Counted from the first letter of the stretch, positions 45,093 through 54,671 are shown. The stretch: DNA of 64,000 nucleotides from an uncultured Desulfobacteraceae bacterium (GCA_964573885.1 CAZNLL010000001.1:18779-82778); one strand, 5' to 3'. Numbers and translations are program-made. The notes: generated from the letters alone by a model not told the origin.

Positions 45093-45830
45093 ATGAACGC
45101 CCGGATTTCACCTTCTATTATTATGCGCCTTCGAGACTTTGGTGAATCAGACCTCATGGTCGGTTTTTTCACCACGGACAAAGGCCGCTTGACAGGACTG
45201 GCGAAAGGCGCCAGGAGGAGCCGCAAGCGGTTTGCAAACTGTCTGGACCTCTTTTGCCTGGTCAGCTTGGAATACGAGAAGAAAAGGGGGGACCTCTGCT
45301 TTCTCCATTCCTGCAAACTGGTTGAGCCCTTTTCCGGGGTGCGATCCGATTTCTCTTCGCTTTCCCTGGCGAGCTACTTTGTTGAACTCACGGAGCTTCT
45401 TTTTCCCCCAGGGATTTCCGGTGAGGGGATGTTTAACCTCCTAAAACAAGCCCTTTCGGGCCTCGACCAGGGTATGGGAAAGGAGGGGCTTCGCGTCCTT
45501 TTCGAGACCAAGGCCTTGTCCCTGGGTGGGTATGCCATTGATTTAGAAAAATGTGGCCGATGTGGTAGACCCTATACCGGCCGGGGAAGGGCCGTGTTTC
45601 GGCCGGCCCAGGGGGGGATCGCCTGTCTGAGGTGCGAAAAGGAATCCAGTGTGTCACCGGGCCTGGGACCGGACAGTGTCAAGGCCTTACGCAAGATCCA
45701 GTCCGCACCCTGCAATGAGCGTTGGAACATAGAAGTAACCGGGCCGATGGTCTATGAGATCAGGGCCGTGCTGGATCTACACATGGAATATCGGCTCGGC
45801 CGCAGGTTGAAGACGACAGGCTACCTATAG
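45093..45830 (+). CDS. recO: DNA repair protein RecO
   Basis: 245 aa. The N-terminal OB-fold reads IIMRLRDFGESDLMVGFFT.DKGRLTGLAKGARRS.KRF. The C-terminal zinc motif reads CGRCG...C..C. Confidence 0.88.
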   Translation: MNARISPSIIMRLRDFGESDLMVGFFTTDKGRLTGLAKGARRSRKRFANCLDLFCLVSLEYEKKRGDLCFLHSCKLVEPFSGVRSDFSSLSLASYFVELTELLFPPGISGEGMFNLLKQALSGLDQGMGKEGLRVLFETKALSLGGYAIDLEKCGRCGRPYTGRGRAVFRPAQGGIACLRCEKESSVSPGLGPDSVKALRKIQSAPCNERWNIEVTGPMVYEIRAVLDLHMEYRLGRRLKTTGYL

Positions 45831-45866
45831 GGGAAGTGGGAGTTGGCCGTTGCGGGCGCCGAGGCC

Positions 45867-47117
45867 TCATCGTCTTTCCAGGGCACAGGCCATGGACACG
45901 CCGCCCCCACCACAAAGGGTGGCAAGACCCAAGGTCTTTCCCCGTTTCTTCATGGCATAGAGGAGGCTGACCATGATACGGCACCCCGTAGCACCCACCG
46001 GATGACCGAGACCGATGCCGGAGCCGTTCACGTTGGTGATTTCCCGGTTAAGGCCCAATTCCTTTTCACATCCCAGGTACTGGGCGGCAAAGGCCTCATT
46101 GAGTTCGATGAGCTCAAAGTCTTCAAGTTTGATATCGGGGTTTTTCCCCAGGAGGTCTTTCACCGCAGGTACCGGGCTTAGGCCCATTACGGAAGGGTGA
46201 CAGGCCCCTCTTCCTGTGGCCCGAATGGTGGCCATGGGCTCAAGGCCCAGCTCCCTGGCCCTTTCGGCGGACATGATGACCACGGCACTGGCACCGTCAT
46301 TGATACCCGAAGAGTTGCCCGCGGTCACCTTGCCTATCTTCGGCACAAAGGCCGCGGGAAGCTTGGCCAACTGTTCCATGGTGATCCCCGGCCGGAAGTG
46401 TTCGTCTTTATCAAAAATAAGACGGGGTTTCTTCTTTTGGGGGACCTCAATGGGTACAATTTCTTCCTTGAAGTCACCGTTCTTTGTGGCCCTTTCCACA
46501 TTATTGTGGCTTCGCAGTGCGATTTCGTCCATCTCCTCCCGGCTCAGGTTATGGAGTTGGGCAATGAACTCGGCCGTGTGGCCCATGATGTAAGGCTTGC
46601 CCTTAAAGAGCTCCAGGGGCATCCCTTCTTTTAACGGCCCCTCCTCAGGGTGGGGGATAAGGTGGGAACCACAGTGGAGCCCGTGGATCAAGGCATCCAC
46701 AAACACATGGTCCTGTAAACGGCACCCCCAGCGGGCTCCTTCCACGGTATAGGGCACGCCGGACATGTGCTCCACACCCCCCGCCAGGATGATTTCGGCC
46801 ATGCCGGCCTGAATCATGGCCATCCCGGAAAGGACCGCCTCCATTCCGGAGATGCATACCCGGTTTATGGTGACGGCGGGAATGGTCTCGGGGATACCTG
46901 CCATGAGGGCGGAGACCCTCGCCACATTCAGGGCGTCTGTGGGCTCGAGGCAACAGCCGAAGCGGATGTCATCGATCATATCCGCCCTGATGCCGGCCCG
47001 ATTGATGGCTTCTTTCATGGTAACACTTCCAATCACCGCACCATTCAGGTCCTTCAGGCTTCCGCCGAAGGCTCCGATGGCCGTGCGACACGCAGAGACA
47101 ATAACCACTTCTTTCAT
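45867..47117 (-). CDS. Acetyl-CoA C-acyltransferase (thiolase)
   Basis: 416 aa with VIVSACRTAIGAFGG, an active-site Cys in NRVCISGMEA, NGSGIGLGHPVGATG and LCGGGG. RBS GGAAAGGAGAA. Confidence 0.9.
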   Translation of the reverse strand: MKEVVIVSACRTAIGAFGGSLKDLNGAVIGSVTMKEAINRAGIRADMIDDIRFGCCLEPTDALNVARVSALMAGIPETIPAVTINRVCISGMEAVLSGMAMIQAGMAEIILAGGVEHMSGVPYTVEGARWGCRLQDHVFVDALIHGLHCGSHLIPHPEEGPLKEGMPLELFKGKPYIMGHTAEFIAQLHNLSREEMDEIALRSHNNVERATKNGDFKEEIVPIEVPQKKKPRLIFDKDEHFRPGITMEQLAKLPAAFVPKIGKVTAGNSSGINDGASAVVIMSAERARELGLEPMATIRATGRGACHPSVMGLSPVPAVKDLLGKNPDIKLEDFELIELNEAFAAQYLGCEKELGLNREITNVNGSGIGLGHPVGATGCRIMVSLLYAMKKRGKTLGLATLCGGGGVSMACALERR

Positions 47118-47220
47118 GTTTTCTCCTTTCCACTACTGGCAGCCTTAAATGAGTTCCCGGTGAGGACTTATCCACAGGGGGGGAAATCTTCGGGCGGTTT
47201 GAGCTGTGCCTTAAAGAGGC

Positions 47221-47246
47221 AAAACCCCACTGGTAAGCGGGGTTTT
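47221..47246 (-). terminator. Hairpin with A/T-tract arms (bidirectional-type terminator) downstream of the 46-aa ORF
   Basis: AAAACCCC (47221-47228) pairs with GGGGTTTT (47239-47246) across a 10-nt loop. It lies 39 nt after the small ORF stop and upstream of the thiolase gene. Confidence 0.45.
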
Positions 47247-47284
47247 AAGACATCCTTAAAGGAGCCCTTCGACCGCCTGTTCCC

Positions 47285-47425
47285 TCAGGGGTTTGGTTCT
47301 GCGGCCAGTTCTTTTAGTCTTTCAGCATTTTTTTGGATACGTTTGAGGTCGGCTTTGAGGTTGTCCTTGTGAGGCTTCACCTTGGTGGCGCGCATTCTCT
47401 TGGTTTTCTTTCTTTTGGAGGCCAT
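47285..47425 (-). CDS. Unlisted small ORF encoding a 46-aa, highly basic hypothetical protein (MASKRKKTKRMRATKVKPHKDNLKADLKRIQKNAERLKELAAEPNP)
   Basis: Translated by hand; it falls below the ORF-track size cutoff. RBS AAAAGGAGA lies 5-6 nt upstream of the ATG. It has its own TTGACA-18-TATAAA promoter and a downstream hairpin. Confidence 0.5.
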   Translation of the reverse strand: MASKRKKTKRMRATKVKPHKDNLKADLKRIQKNAERLKELAAEPNP

Positions 47426-47462
47426 TTCAATCTCCTTTTGGCGCATTTATGCAAAATTTTTA

Positions 47463-47492
47463 TTTATAATTGGTTTCTGGTATCTCTGTCAA
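47463..47492 (-). promoter_or_regulatory. Sigma70-type promoter for the 46-aa ORF
   Basis: The minus strand reads TTGACA (47492-47487), an 18-nt spacer, then TATAAA (47468-47463). It lies in an AT-rich stretch about 38 nt upstream of the ATG. Confidence 0.55.
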
Positions 47493-47513
47493 GAGATTGT
47501 CGCCTTGTGGTGC

Positions 47514-48362
47514 TTAAGGGTTGGCCGACAAGGCAGCCTTGACGTATTCAACGCCCTTTCTAAAGATCAAAATTCCCTCTCCCTCATCAGGGAGATTTTT
47601 TTCACCCTCCCGGATAAGGCCCTCTTTTCTCCTGCACCAGTCGGGATGGTTGGTGAAATGATTGAATGCCTCGGGATGGGGCATAAGGCCGAAGATCCTA
47701 CCGCTGGGGTCGCATATGCCTGCGATATCTCGTAGGGACCCGTTGGGATTTTGGGGCCACCTGCCACCTGCCTCTCTTCCGTCTTGGAGGGCATACTGCA
47801 TGACCACCTGGTTCGTGTGGAAAAGATGCTCAATATCCTCGGAAGAGGCGTAGAATTTGCCCTCTCCGTGCCTTACGGGCAGTTCCAGGCGGTCAAGGCC
47901 CCGGGTGAATACGCAGGGAGAGCGGGGATTGATATTCAAATGGACCCAAGTATCGATAAAATTACCGGAATCGTTGTAGGTGATCGCTACCCGTCTCTGG
48001 CTGTATTGAGACTCAAAGGCGGGGAGGAGACCAAGGTTGACCAGGCACTGGAATCCGTTGCATATACCTATGATCAGCCTGCGGTCCCGGATAAAACCCT
48101 GAATCTGTCCGTCCAGGTGGTGCTTGAGCTTGGAGGCCATGAGCACGCCCGCCCCATGGTCATCAGCCCAGCTAAAACCCCCTCCAAAGACCAGGATATG
48201 GTAATCCCGCAAGAGGGGACCCTGCCCTGATTTCTCGCCTTCTATCAGGGAGTTGATATGGAACCTGTGACAGTCCGCCCCCGCCAGCCTCAGAGAGTAC
48301 TCGGTCTCGTAGTCGCAGTTGAGTCCATATCCTGTCAGAACCAGGGCCTTTACCCCTGTCAT
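47514..48362 (-). CDS. purQ: Phosphoribosylformylglycinamidine synthase, glutamine amidotransferase subunit (PurQ-like)
   Basis: VLTGYGLNCDYE, a nucleophile Cys in GICNGFQ.L..LGLLP, and HGEG near the C-terminal half. I prefer the ATG at 48362, which forms an ATGA overlap with the purL stop. Confidence 0.8.
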   Translation of the reverse strand: MTGVKALVLTGYGLNCDYETEYSLRLAGADCHRFHINSLIEGEKSGQGPLLRDYHILVFGGGFSWADDHGAGVLMASKLKHHLDGQIQGFIRDRRLIIGICNGFQCLVNLGLLPAFESQYSQRRVAITYNDSGNFIDTWVHLNINPRSPCVFTRGLDRLELPVRHGEGKFYASSEDIEHLFHTNQVVMQYALQDGREAGGRWPQNPNGSLRDIAGICDPSGRIFGLMPHPEAFNHFTNHPDWCRRKEGLIREGEKNLPDEGEGILIFRKGVEYVKAALSANP

Positions 48363-51346
48363 ATCAAATCCCCGAACGGCCTTTTCCAGCATGACTTGAG
48401 GTCATTTATATCTTCTTTCAGGATTTCCTCCCCTCTTTCATCTTTCACGGAAAAGAGGGAGGATTCGGTAACGGCTCCCGCCTTTCCCGGCGGTGAGGAG
48501 GCCATGATTTGTTCAAAGAGCCCCCTTTTCTCGGGAGGGACGGTCACAATGAATCTGCCGCACGATTCCGAATAGAGTAACTGGCCCGGTGTGAGCCCGG
48601 GTGAGGCCGGAAGGTTGGAGAGGTCGATCTCCATGCCCAGCTCACCGGCCATGGCCACCAGGGCGAGGTGGACCACCAGCCCGCCTCTGGACACGGCATG
48701 GCAGGAGGAGACGGTGCCCGCTTTCACCGCTTTGTGAAGGGCCAGGTATCGAGGCCATACCTCCTTTACATCCACCTTGGGGACCTGCAGTCCGGTGTAA
48801 CCCATCAACTGGTAATATTCGCTCCCCCCCAGCTCGTTCCTGGTTTCACCAAGCACATACACCAGGTCGCCCGGCTTCTTGGCGTCCAGGGTCACACACT
48901 TGGTGATGTCGTCAATGACGCTGGAAACGGTGAACAAAAGGGTTGGCAGCCCGGATATTTTCCTCTTTTCGCCGTATGGTCCCTCAAGGTCTCCATCAAT
49001 GTACATGCTGTCTTTTCCCGAGAGCAGGGGGATGCCGGCGGCAAGGCAGTAGTCCCGCAAGGCCCAGTTCGCCCTGACCAGTTGGGCGGCCTTGTATTTG
49101 CCATCCGGGTTTTTGATGGGATCGTACTCAATGGTGGGCCAGCAGAAATTGTCCACACCTCCCAGATGGTCGGGATCCCCGCCCACGGAAAGGGCCTTTC
49201 TCACGGCCTCGTCAATGGTGGCCGAGGTCATGTGATAGGTATCAATCACGGAGTAGAAGGGAAGGAGTGCCTGGGAGAGCACAATGCCCCTGGGGGCCCC
49301 CAATATGGGCCTTACCACCGCGGCGTCGCTGGGCACGTCCCGCCCTTTTCCCACCAGGGCTTTGACCACGCTCCCCCCCTGCACTTCATGATCATATTGC
49401 CTGGGAATCCAATTTCGGGCACACAGGTTGGGGCGGGATAACATGGCCTTGAGCAGAGGGCCGTGGTTTTGGGGTTCCGTAATGACGGGTTCCGTCAGAC
49501 CCCGCATTTCAGGAGGCGACCAATGGGCGTCGAATTTCCACTGGGGAAAGTCCGATTCCAGCAAATCCATTCGAATGTAGGCGCATGTCTTGCCTTTATA
49601 ATCCAGTCTGAGAAATCCGGAATTGTTATACTCCCCGATCACCGTGCTCTCCACGGCGTGTTTGGCTGAGAGTTCCATGAACCGGCCAATATGCTCCGGC
49701 CTGACCGCGATGGTCATCCTCTCCTGGGATTCGGAGACCCAGATCTCCCACTGGTCCAGACCCTCATATTTGAGAGGCACCCGGTCCAGGTCCACCCGGG
49801 CTCCATTGGAAAAGCGGGCGGATTCTCCGATAGAGGAGGAGAGCCCCCCACCTCCATTGTCTGTAATAAAAGAGATGAGGCCTTCATCTCTGGCCTCCAG
49901 GAGAAAGTCGTGCATCTTTTTTTGGGTGTACGGGTCGCCGATCTGGACGTGACCTGCCGGGGTGTGTTCACTAAAGGTCTCCGAGGCGGCCGTCACGCCA
50001 TGAATGCCGTCTTTTCCCACCCTGCCCCCGGACATGACGATAAGCTCTCCGGGGCTGGTGGTTTTTTGGTGCGAGGATTCTCCACCGATCCGGGCGGGCA
50101 GGATCCCTATAGCCGTGACAAAGACCAGACACTTGCCGAGATAGCTTTCATCAAAAAGAAGCAGCCCGGAAACCGTCGGAATACCGCTCTTGTTGCCCCC
50201 GTCTCTGACGCCCTCGATGACGCCGTCGAGTAAACGGCGGGGATGTAGATGGGGTTTGAGCTCCCCCTGGTAATCGCGATGGCCGACGCAGTATCCGTAG
50301 GTCCCCAAGATCAGCTTCGAGCCCTTGCCTGTGCCCATGGGATCCCTGTAAATCCCGACAATCCCGGTGATGGCCCCTCCATACGCCTCCATGTTGGACG
50401 GGCTGTTGTGGGTCTCACCGGTGATGGCATAGTAATGGTCTTTGTCAAGACGCCCCACTCCTGCGTTATCCCACAAAACAGAGACGACCCAATCCTTGTC
50501 CTCCATGATCTCCAGGGTAGGGGCCTCGATACACGACTTAAAGAGGTTGTCCACCACCTCCGTGTATCCCGTGTGGAGATCGTGGTACCTGAAGAGGCCC
50601 CTGAATGTATTGTGGTTGCAATGGTCACTGCGGGCCTGGGAGATGTATTCGAGTTCAACGTCCGTGGGCAGGGAGAGTCCCACCTCTTTTCTTTCTTCCA
50701 GGACGTCCTGTCCCAAAAAATACTCCCGGATGACCGGAACGTCTCTGCTCTGAAGGGCAAGGCCCCGATCCCGAGAGATCTCAAGCAGTTCCTGGTCGCT
50801 CCCAATGGAAAAGGTCCTCACCCTGGGCTCATGATCCAGGATCACCTTGGGGACTATGAATCCGATACCCCCATGTTTATCCCATGTTTTTCGGGAAAAA
50901 ATCCGCCACTGCTCGATAATATCGTTGGCAAGGAGATCCCCCGCGATGGTGTGGACCTGGTGCTCGCTAAGGGCCCCTTTGATTTCATAAAGCTTGGAGG
51001 TGTAAACGGCGGGAGAGAATTCCGTGCCCAGGAGGTCTTTAACGGCCTCGGCCGCCGTACTCCCGGCCGTGTCTCTTACACCGGGCCTGTATCCGATCCA
51101 TATGAGCCAGTCAAAGTCGGTGGCCATGGGCGCGTAAGAAGATTCTTCGGTGACGGGATTGGTGAAAAGGTCCACCCTGATAAGCTCCAGGGCTGAAGGC
51201 GTCAGATCGGCCTCCATGGTTAGAACCCGAATCACCCTTACGTCTTCAACTTCATAGCCAAAGTACTCGCGGGCCTTGAGGCGGATGTTCGCGCCCTCGG
51301 CATCCATTAATTCCCTCTTGAGCCTGATTTCCAGCCTTGAAATCAT
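48359..51346 (-). CDS. purL: Phosphoribosylformylglycinamidine synthase subunit PurL fused to N-terminal PurS-like domains
   Basis: About 995 aa. The N-terminal roughly 160 aa look like two PurS-like halves. The PurL core follows (ETHNSPS, GGAITG, GDPY..K, DNGGGGLSS). I prefer the ATG at 51346 (RBS AAAGGTGGA 5 nt upstream) over 51388. Confidence 0.85.
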   Translation of the reverse strand: MISRLEIRLKRELMDAEGANIRLKAREYFGYEVEDVRVIRVLTMEADLTPSALELIRVDLFTNPVTEESSYAPMATDFDWLIWIGYRPGVRDTAGSTAAEAVKDLLGTEFSPAVYTSKLYEIKGALSEHQVHTIAGDLLANDIIEQWRIFSRKTWDKHGGIGFIVPKVILDHEPRVRTFSIGSDQELLEISRDRGLALQSRDVPVIREYFLGQDVLEERKEVGLSLPTDVELEYISQARSDHCNHNTFRGLFRYHDLHTGYTEVVDNLFKSCIEAPTLEIMEDKDWVVSVLWDNAGVGRLDKDHYYAITGETHNSPSNMEAYGGAITGIVGIYRDPMGTGKGSKLILGTYGYCVGHRDYQGELKPHLHPRRLLDGVIEGVRDGGNKSGIPTVSGLLLFDESYLGKCLVFVTAIGILPARIGGESSHQKTTSPGELIVMSGGRVGKDGIHGVTAASETFSEHTPAGHVQIGDPYTQKKMHDFLLEARDEGLISFITDNGGGGLSSSIGESARFSNGARVDLDRVPLKYEGLDQWEIWVSESQERMTIAVRPEHIGRFMELSAKHAVESTVIGEYNNSGFLRLDYKGKTCAYIRMDLLESDFPQWKFDAHWSPPEMRGLTEPVITEPQNHGPLLKAMLSRPNLCARNWIPRQYDHEVQGGSVVKALVGKGRDVPSDAAVVRPILGAPRGIVLSQALLPFYSVIDTYHMTSATIDEAVRKALSVGGDPDHLGGVDNFCWPTIEYDPIKNPDGKYKAAQLVRANWALRDYCLAAGIPLLSGKDSMYIDGDLEGPYGEKRKISGLPTLLFTVSSVIDDITKCVTLDAKKPGDLVYVLGETRNELGGSEYYQLMGYTGLQVPKVDVKEVWPRYLALHKAVKAGTVSSCHAVSRGGLVVHLALVAMAGELGMEIDLSNLPASPGLTPGQLLYSESCGRFIVTVPPEKRGLFEQIMASSPPGKAGAVTESSLFSVKDERGEEILKEDINDLKSCWKRPFGDLI

Positions 51347-51590
51347 CTTTGTCCACCTTTGGCTTGAACGGACGTTACGGGGTGACATTAATTGAATTAT
51401 AGGGGCGAGTCAATCATGAACTTTCTCCCCCGAGCCCGTGAAAGGCGGATGGGGCCTGATAACATAACGGTTGAAATCCACGGTCTCAGTGAATATATTA
51501 AAAATGAGGCTTTCAAAGGCTGGGCCTCCATTGAAAACGCGATACATCGTTCCCGTCCCGCTGCGGGGGAGGAGTAAAGGAGCTTTAAGC

Positions 51591-53402
51591 ATGACTGTAA
51601 AAGAAAGTGAAGAAACCAGAAACGACATGTCCGGCGGCAAGATCCCGGATCAAAAAGAACTCGAAAAAGAGTTGAGCGAGTATCTGTCTAAGAAGTATGG
51701 CAATAGGGTGAAGATCATCTCTCCCCTTGTATTCCCCAAAAAACAAGAGGAATCCAGTGACGGTGAGAGCGCGGGCGAGGAGCCGGATATTCTCCCTGAT
51801 TTTGATCTCTTACCCGAAGAGCTGGAATCTTACCTGGAGAGCTTTGTGGTCAAGCAGGAGCAGGCCAAGGCGGTCTTGGCCACCAAGGTCTGCACCCATT
51901 TCAATAGGATCAAGCACTCAAAAAAGGCTGAGGGCAAAAAGGGCACCTCGGGTGTGGGGATGATCAAGAACAATGTGTTGATGATCGGCCCCACAGGAGT
52001 GGGCAAAACCTATATCATTAAACTTATCGCCCAGAGGCTGGGCGTGCCCTTTGTAAAGGGGGACGCCACCAAGTTCAGCGAGACCGGTTACGTGGGCGGG
52101 GATGTGGAAGATCTGGTCCGTGACCTGGTCTATGAGGCGGACGAAAATATTGAATTGGCACAAAACGGGATCATTTACATCGATGAGATCGACAAGATTG
52201 CCTCCTCGCAAAATATCATCGGCCATGACGTCTCCAGGACCGGTGTCCAGAGGGCCCTGTTGAAACCCATGGAAGAGACGGATGTGGACCTGAAGGTCCC
52301 CCATGACCCCATCTCCCAGATACAGGCCATAGAGCACTACCGGAGGACCGGGAAGAAGGAAAAGAAGGTGGTCAATACCAAGAACATCCTCTTTATTATG
52401 AGCGGTGCCTTTGGAGAACTGGCGGAGATCATCAAGAAGCGTCTCCAGCGTCAGGGCCTCGGCTTTGAAGCCGACGTGAGGCCTACGGAGATCCCCTGGG
52501 AGATCCTCAGGGAGGTTACTGCCGAGGATTTAAGACAGTTTGGTTTCGAATCCGAGTTTGTGGGTCGCCTTCCGGTAGTGGTCGTCTTTGATGAGCTTAC
52601 AGAGGAGGACCTGTTTGAGATTTTGAAAAATCCGAGCAATCCCATTATCTTAAGCAAACGCCTCGATTTTAAGGCCTATGGCATCGAAGTCAAGTTCGAG
52701 GAAGAAGCCTTGCTCGAGATCGCCAAAAAGGCCGTCAAAGAGAAGACCGGCGCCAGGGCATTGGTCAGTGTAATTGAGAACGTGTTGATCCCCTTTGAAA
52801 AGACCCTGCCTTCCACCGGGGTTTCCAGGCTGGTGGTCACACCGGAGTTGGTTTGTGAGCCGGAGGTACAACTTCGGTCTTTGCTCAAGGATCCCGCGGG
52901 TCAGCAGTGGATGGAGAGGTTTGAGAGGGCCAATGAAAAGGAGTTGGAAAACCTCAAGGCGCATATTGGGAAGAGATCCGTAGAGTTCAGCAGGCGGACC
53001 GGTCTTGAAATGTATGACAAGCGCATGGATCTCGTGGCGGGCTTGTACTTAAGAAACATCTCTGATATTAATACGGCCCTCGAAGACTTCAGAGAGATGT
53101 ACAATCAGGTCAGGCTGGAGGAGTCTTCCCTGGCTCAAAAGCTGGATGTCCATGTCTCCTTTGACGAGAGTGCGGTGGATGAGATCATCCATCAGGCCGT
53201 TGAGACGGATCAGGAAACGCGGGCCTTGACCAGTCAGCTTATCAAGAAGCTGGAATACGGTCTTAATCTCGTAAAAGATCGCTCCGGTATCGAGGACTTC
53301 ATCATCAACGCCGAAGCGGTGACCGATATGGAGAACTATGTCAACAACCTCATTAAGAAGTATTACCGCCAGACAGATCCCACACCCGAATCCGGCCAGT
53401 AG
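51591..53402 (+). CDS. ClpX-family AAA+ ATPase paralog. It has no zinc-finger N-domain and carries a C-terminal extension of about 170 aa
   Basis: 603 aa from the ATG at 51591 (RBS AAAGGAG 8 nt upstream). It has Walker A GPTGVGKT, pore loop GYVGGDVE, Walker B IIYIDEIDK, an LGF tripeptide at the IGF-loop position (QGLGFEA) and sensor-2 GARAL. The first about 75 aa contain no Cys cluster. Confidence 0.75.
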   Translation: MTVKESEETRNDMSGGKIPDQKELEKELSEYLSKKYGNRVKIISPLVFPKKQEESSDGESAGEEPDILPDFDLLPEELESYLESFVVKQEQAKAVLATKVCTHFNRIKHSKKAEGKKGTSGVGMIKNNVLMIGPTGVGKTYIIKLIAQRLGVPFVKGDATKFSETGYVGGDVEDLVRDLVYEADENIELAQNGIIYIDEIDKIASSQNIIGHDVSRTGVQRALLKPMEETDVDLKVPHDPISQIQAIEHYRRTGKKEKKVVNTKNILFIMSGAFGELAEIIKKRLQRQGLGFEADVRPTEIPWEILREVTAEDLRQFGFESEFVGRLPVVVVFDELTEEDLFEILKNPSNPIILSKRLDFKAYGIEVKFEEEALLEIAKKAVKEKTGARALVSVIENVLIPFEKTLPSTGVSRLVVTPELVCEPEVQLRSLLKDPAGQQWMERFERANEKELENLKAHIGKRSVEFSRRTGLEMYDKRMDLVAGLYLRNISDINTALEDFREMYNQVRLEESSLAQKLDVHVSFDESAVDEIIHQAVETDQETRALTSQLIKKLEYGLNLVKDRSGIEDFIINAEAVTDMENYVNNLIKKYYRQTDPTPESGQ

Positions 53403-53468
53403 CACCCCCTTAAGCCGAGGGTCCGGGATCGGGCCCTTGGCTTTGGCCTGCCCTAAGGGGGTGATTTG

Positions 53469-54671
53469 ATGATCGGCATATCAAAACTGTATACGGGAAC
53501 GGTTGAACCATCCGATGCCCTTCGCTATGGGCGGCGTTCAAAGGACTTGCCTTCTCATCTCCTTCAGTTTTCCCAGGACAAGACACCGGTGGTGGTCTGG
53601 AATGTGACCCAGGCCTGTAACCTGAACTGCCTTCATTGCTATGCCCGGGCCCAGGAGCGCCCCCGGGAAAAAGAAATGAGCCACGAGCAGGGGCTGGCCC
53701 TTATTGATGATCTGTCCTACTTTGGCGTGCCGGTGGTCCTCTTTTCCGGGGGGGAACCGCTAATGAGGCCCGATTTAACGGATCTCGCAAGATACGCCGT
53801 TAAAAAGGGTATCCGGGCCGTTATTTCCACGAACGGCACCTTGATTAACCGGGACAGGGCCGGTGAATTGAGGGATATCGGCCTGTCTTACGTGGGGGTG
53901 AGTCTGGACGGGAACGAGGCGGTCCACGACCGATTCAGGGGCAGAAAGGGCGCTTACCGGAATGCCCTGGAAGGGATCAGGCACTGCCAGGAGGCAGGCC
54001 TTAAGGTGGGGCTCCGTTTTACCATCAGCCGTATGAATGTCGCCGAGGTTCCCTTTGTTTTTGATCTCCTTGAGGCCAATGATATCCCCAGGGTCTGTTT
54101 TTATCATCTGGTCTATGCGGGCCGGGGATCCGCCCTGGTGAAAGAAGACCTGGACCATGGGGAAACGCGCAGGGTGGTGGATGTGATTATTGACAGGACA
54201 GGCGATCTCCATGAACGGGGCAAATCCAAGGAGGTCCTTACCGTGGATAACCACGCGGACGGCCCCTATCTCTATCTCAGGATGCTGAGGGAGAATCATC
54301 CCCGGGCCGGGGAGGCCCTTGAGCTTCTCAGGATGAATGAAGGGAACAGTTCCGGGCGGGGTATCGGGTGTATCGGCTGGGACGGGTCGGTATACGCCGA
54401 TCAATTCTGGCGGCATTACAGGTTCGGAAATGTCTTGGAAAGGCCTTTCAGTGAGATCTGGTCTGATTGTTCCGACCCCTTGATGGCCAAGCTAAAGGAG
54501 AAAAAGAAGCATGTAAAGGGCCGCTGTGCTCGATGCAAGTGGCTTGACATTTGTGGCGGGAATTTCAGGGTTAGGGCGGAGGCCGTCACCGGCGATATCT
54601 GGGCCCCTGATCCTGCCTGCTATCTCACGGACGAAGAGGTTGAAGACAAAGGAAGGATGGATAAGGCATGA
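53469..54671 (+). CDS. Radical SAM/SPASM protein of the NirJ/AhbC/AhbD family (alternative heme biosynthesis)
   Basis: CNLNCLHCY radical SAM cluster motif. C-terminal Cys cluster [17 protein letters not shown]...CYL. The gene is coupled to hemB by an ATGA overlap. I cannot assign AhbC versus AhbD from the sequence. Confidence 0.7.
   Translation: MIGISKLYTGTVEPSDALRYGRRSKDLPSHLLQFSQDKTPVVVWNVTQACNLNCLHCYARAQERPREKEMSHEQGLALIDDLSYFGVPVVLFSGGEPLMRPDLTDLARYAVKKGIRAVISTNGTLINRDRAGELRDIGLSYVGVSLDGNEAVHDRFRGRKGAYRNALEGIRHCQEAGLKVGLRFTISRMNVAEVPFVFDLLEANDIPRVCFYHLVYAGRGSALVKEDLDHGETRRVVDVIIDRTGDLHERGKSKEVLTVDNHADGPYLYLRMLRENHPRAGEALELLRMNEGNSSGRGIGCIGWDGSVYADQFWRHYRFGNVLERPFSEIWSDCSDPLMAKLKEKKKHVKGRCARCKWLDICGGNFRVRAEAVTGDIWAPDPACYLTDEEVEDKGRMDKA

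Noticed and set aside
51396-51413. A TATAAT (minus strand) near a TTGACT just upstream of purL
   Set aside because: The spacer between them is only 6 nt, and no acceptable -35 lies 16-18 nt away. I used it only as weak support for choosing the downstream purL start codon.
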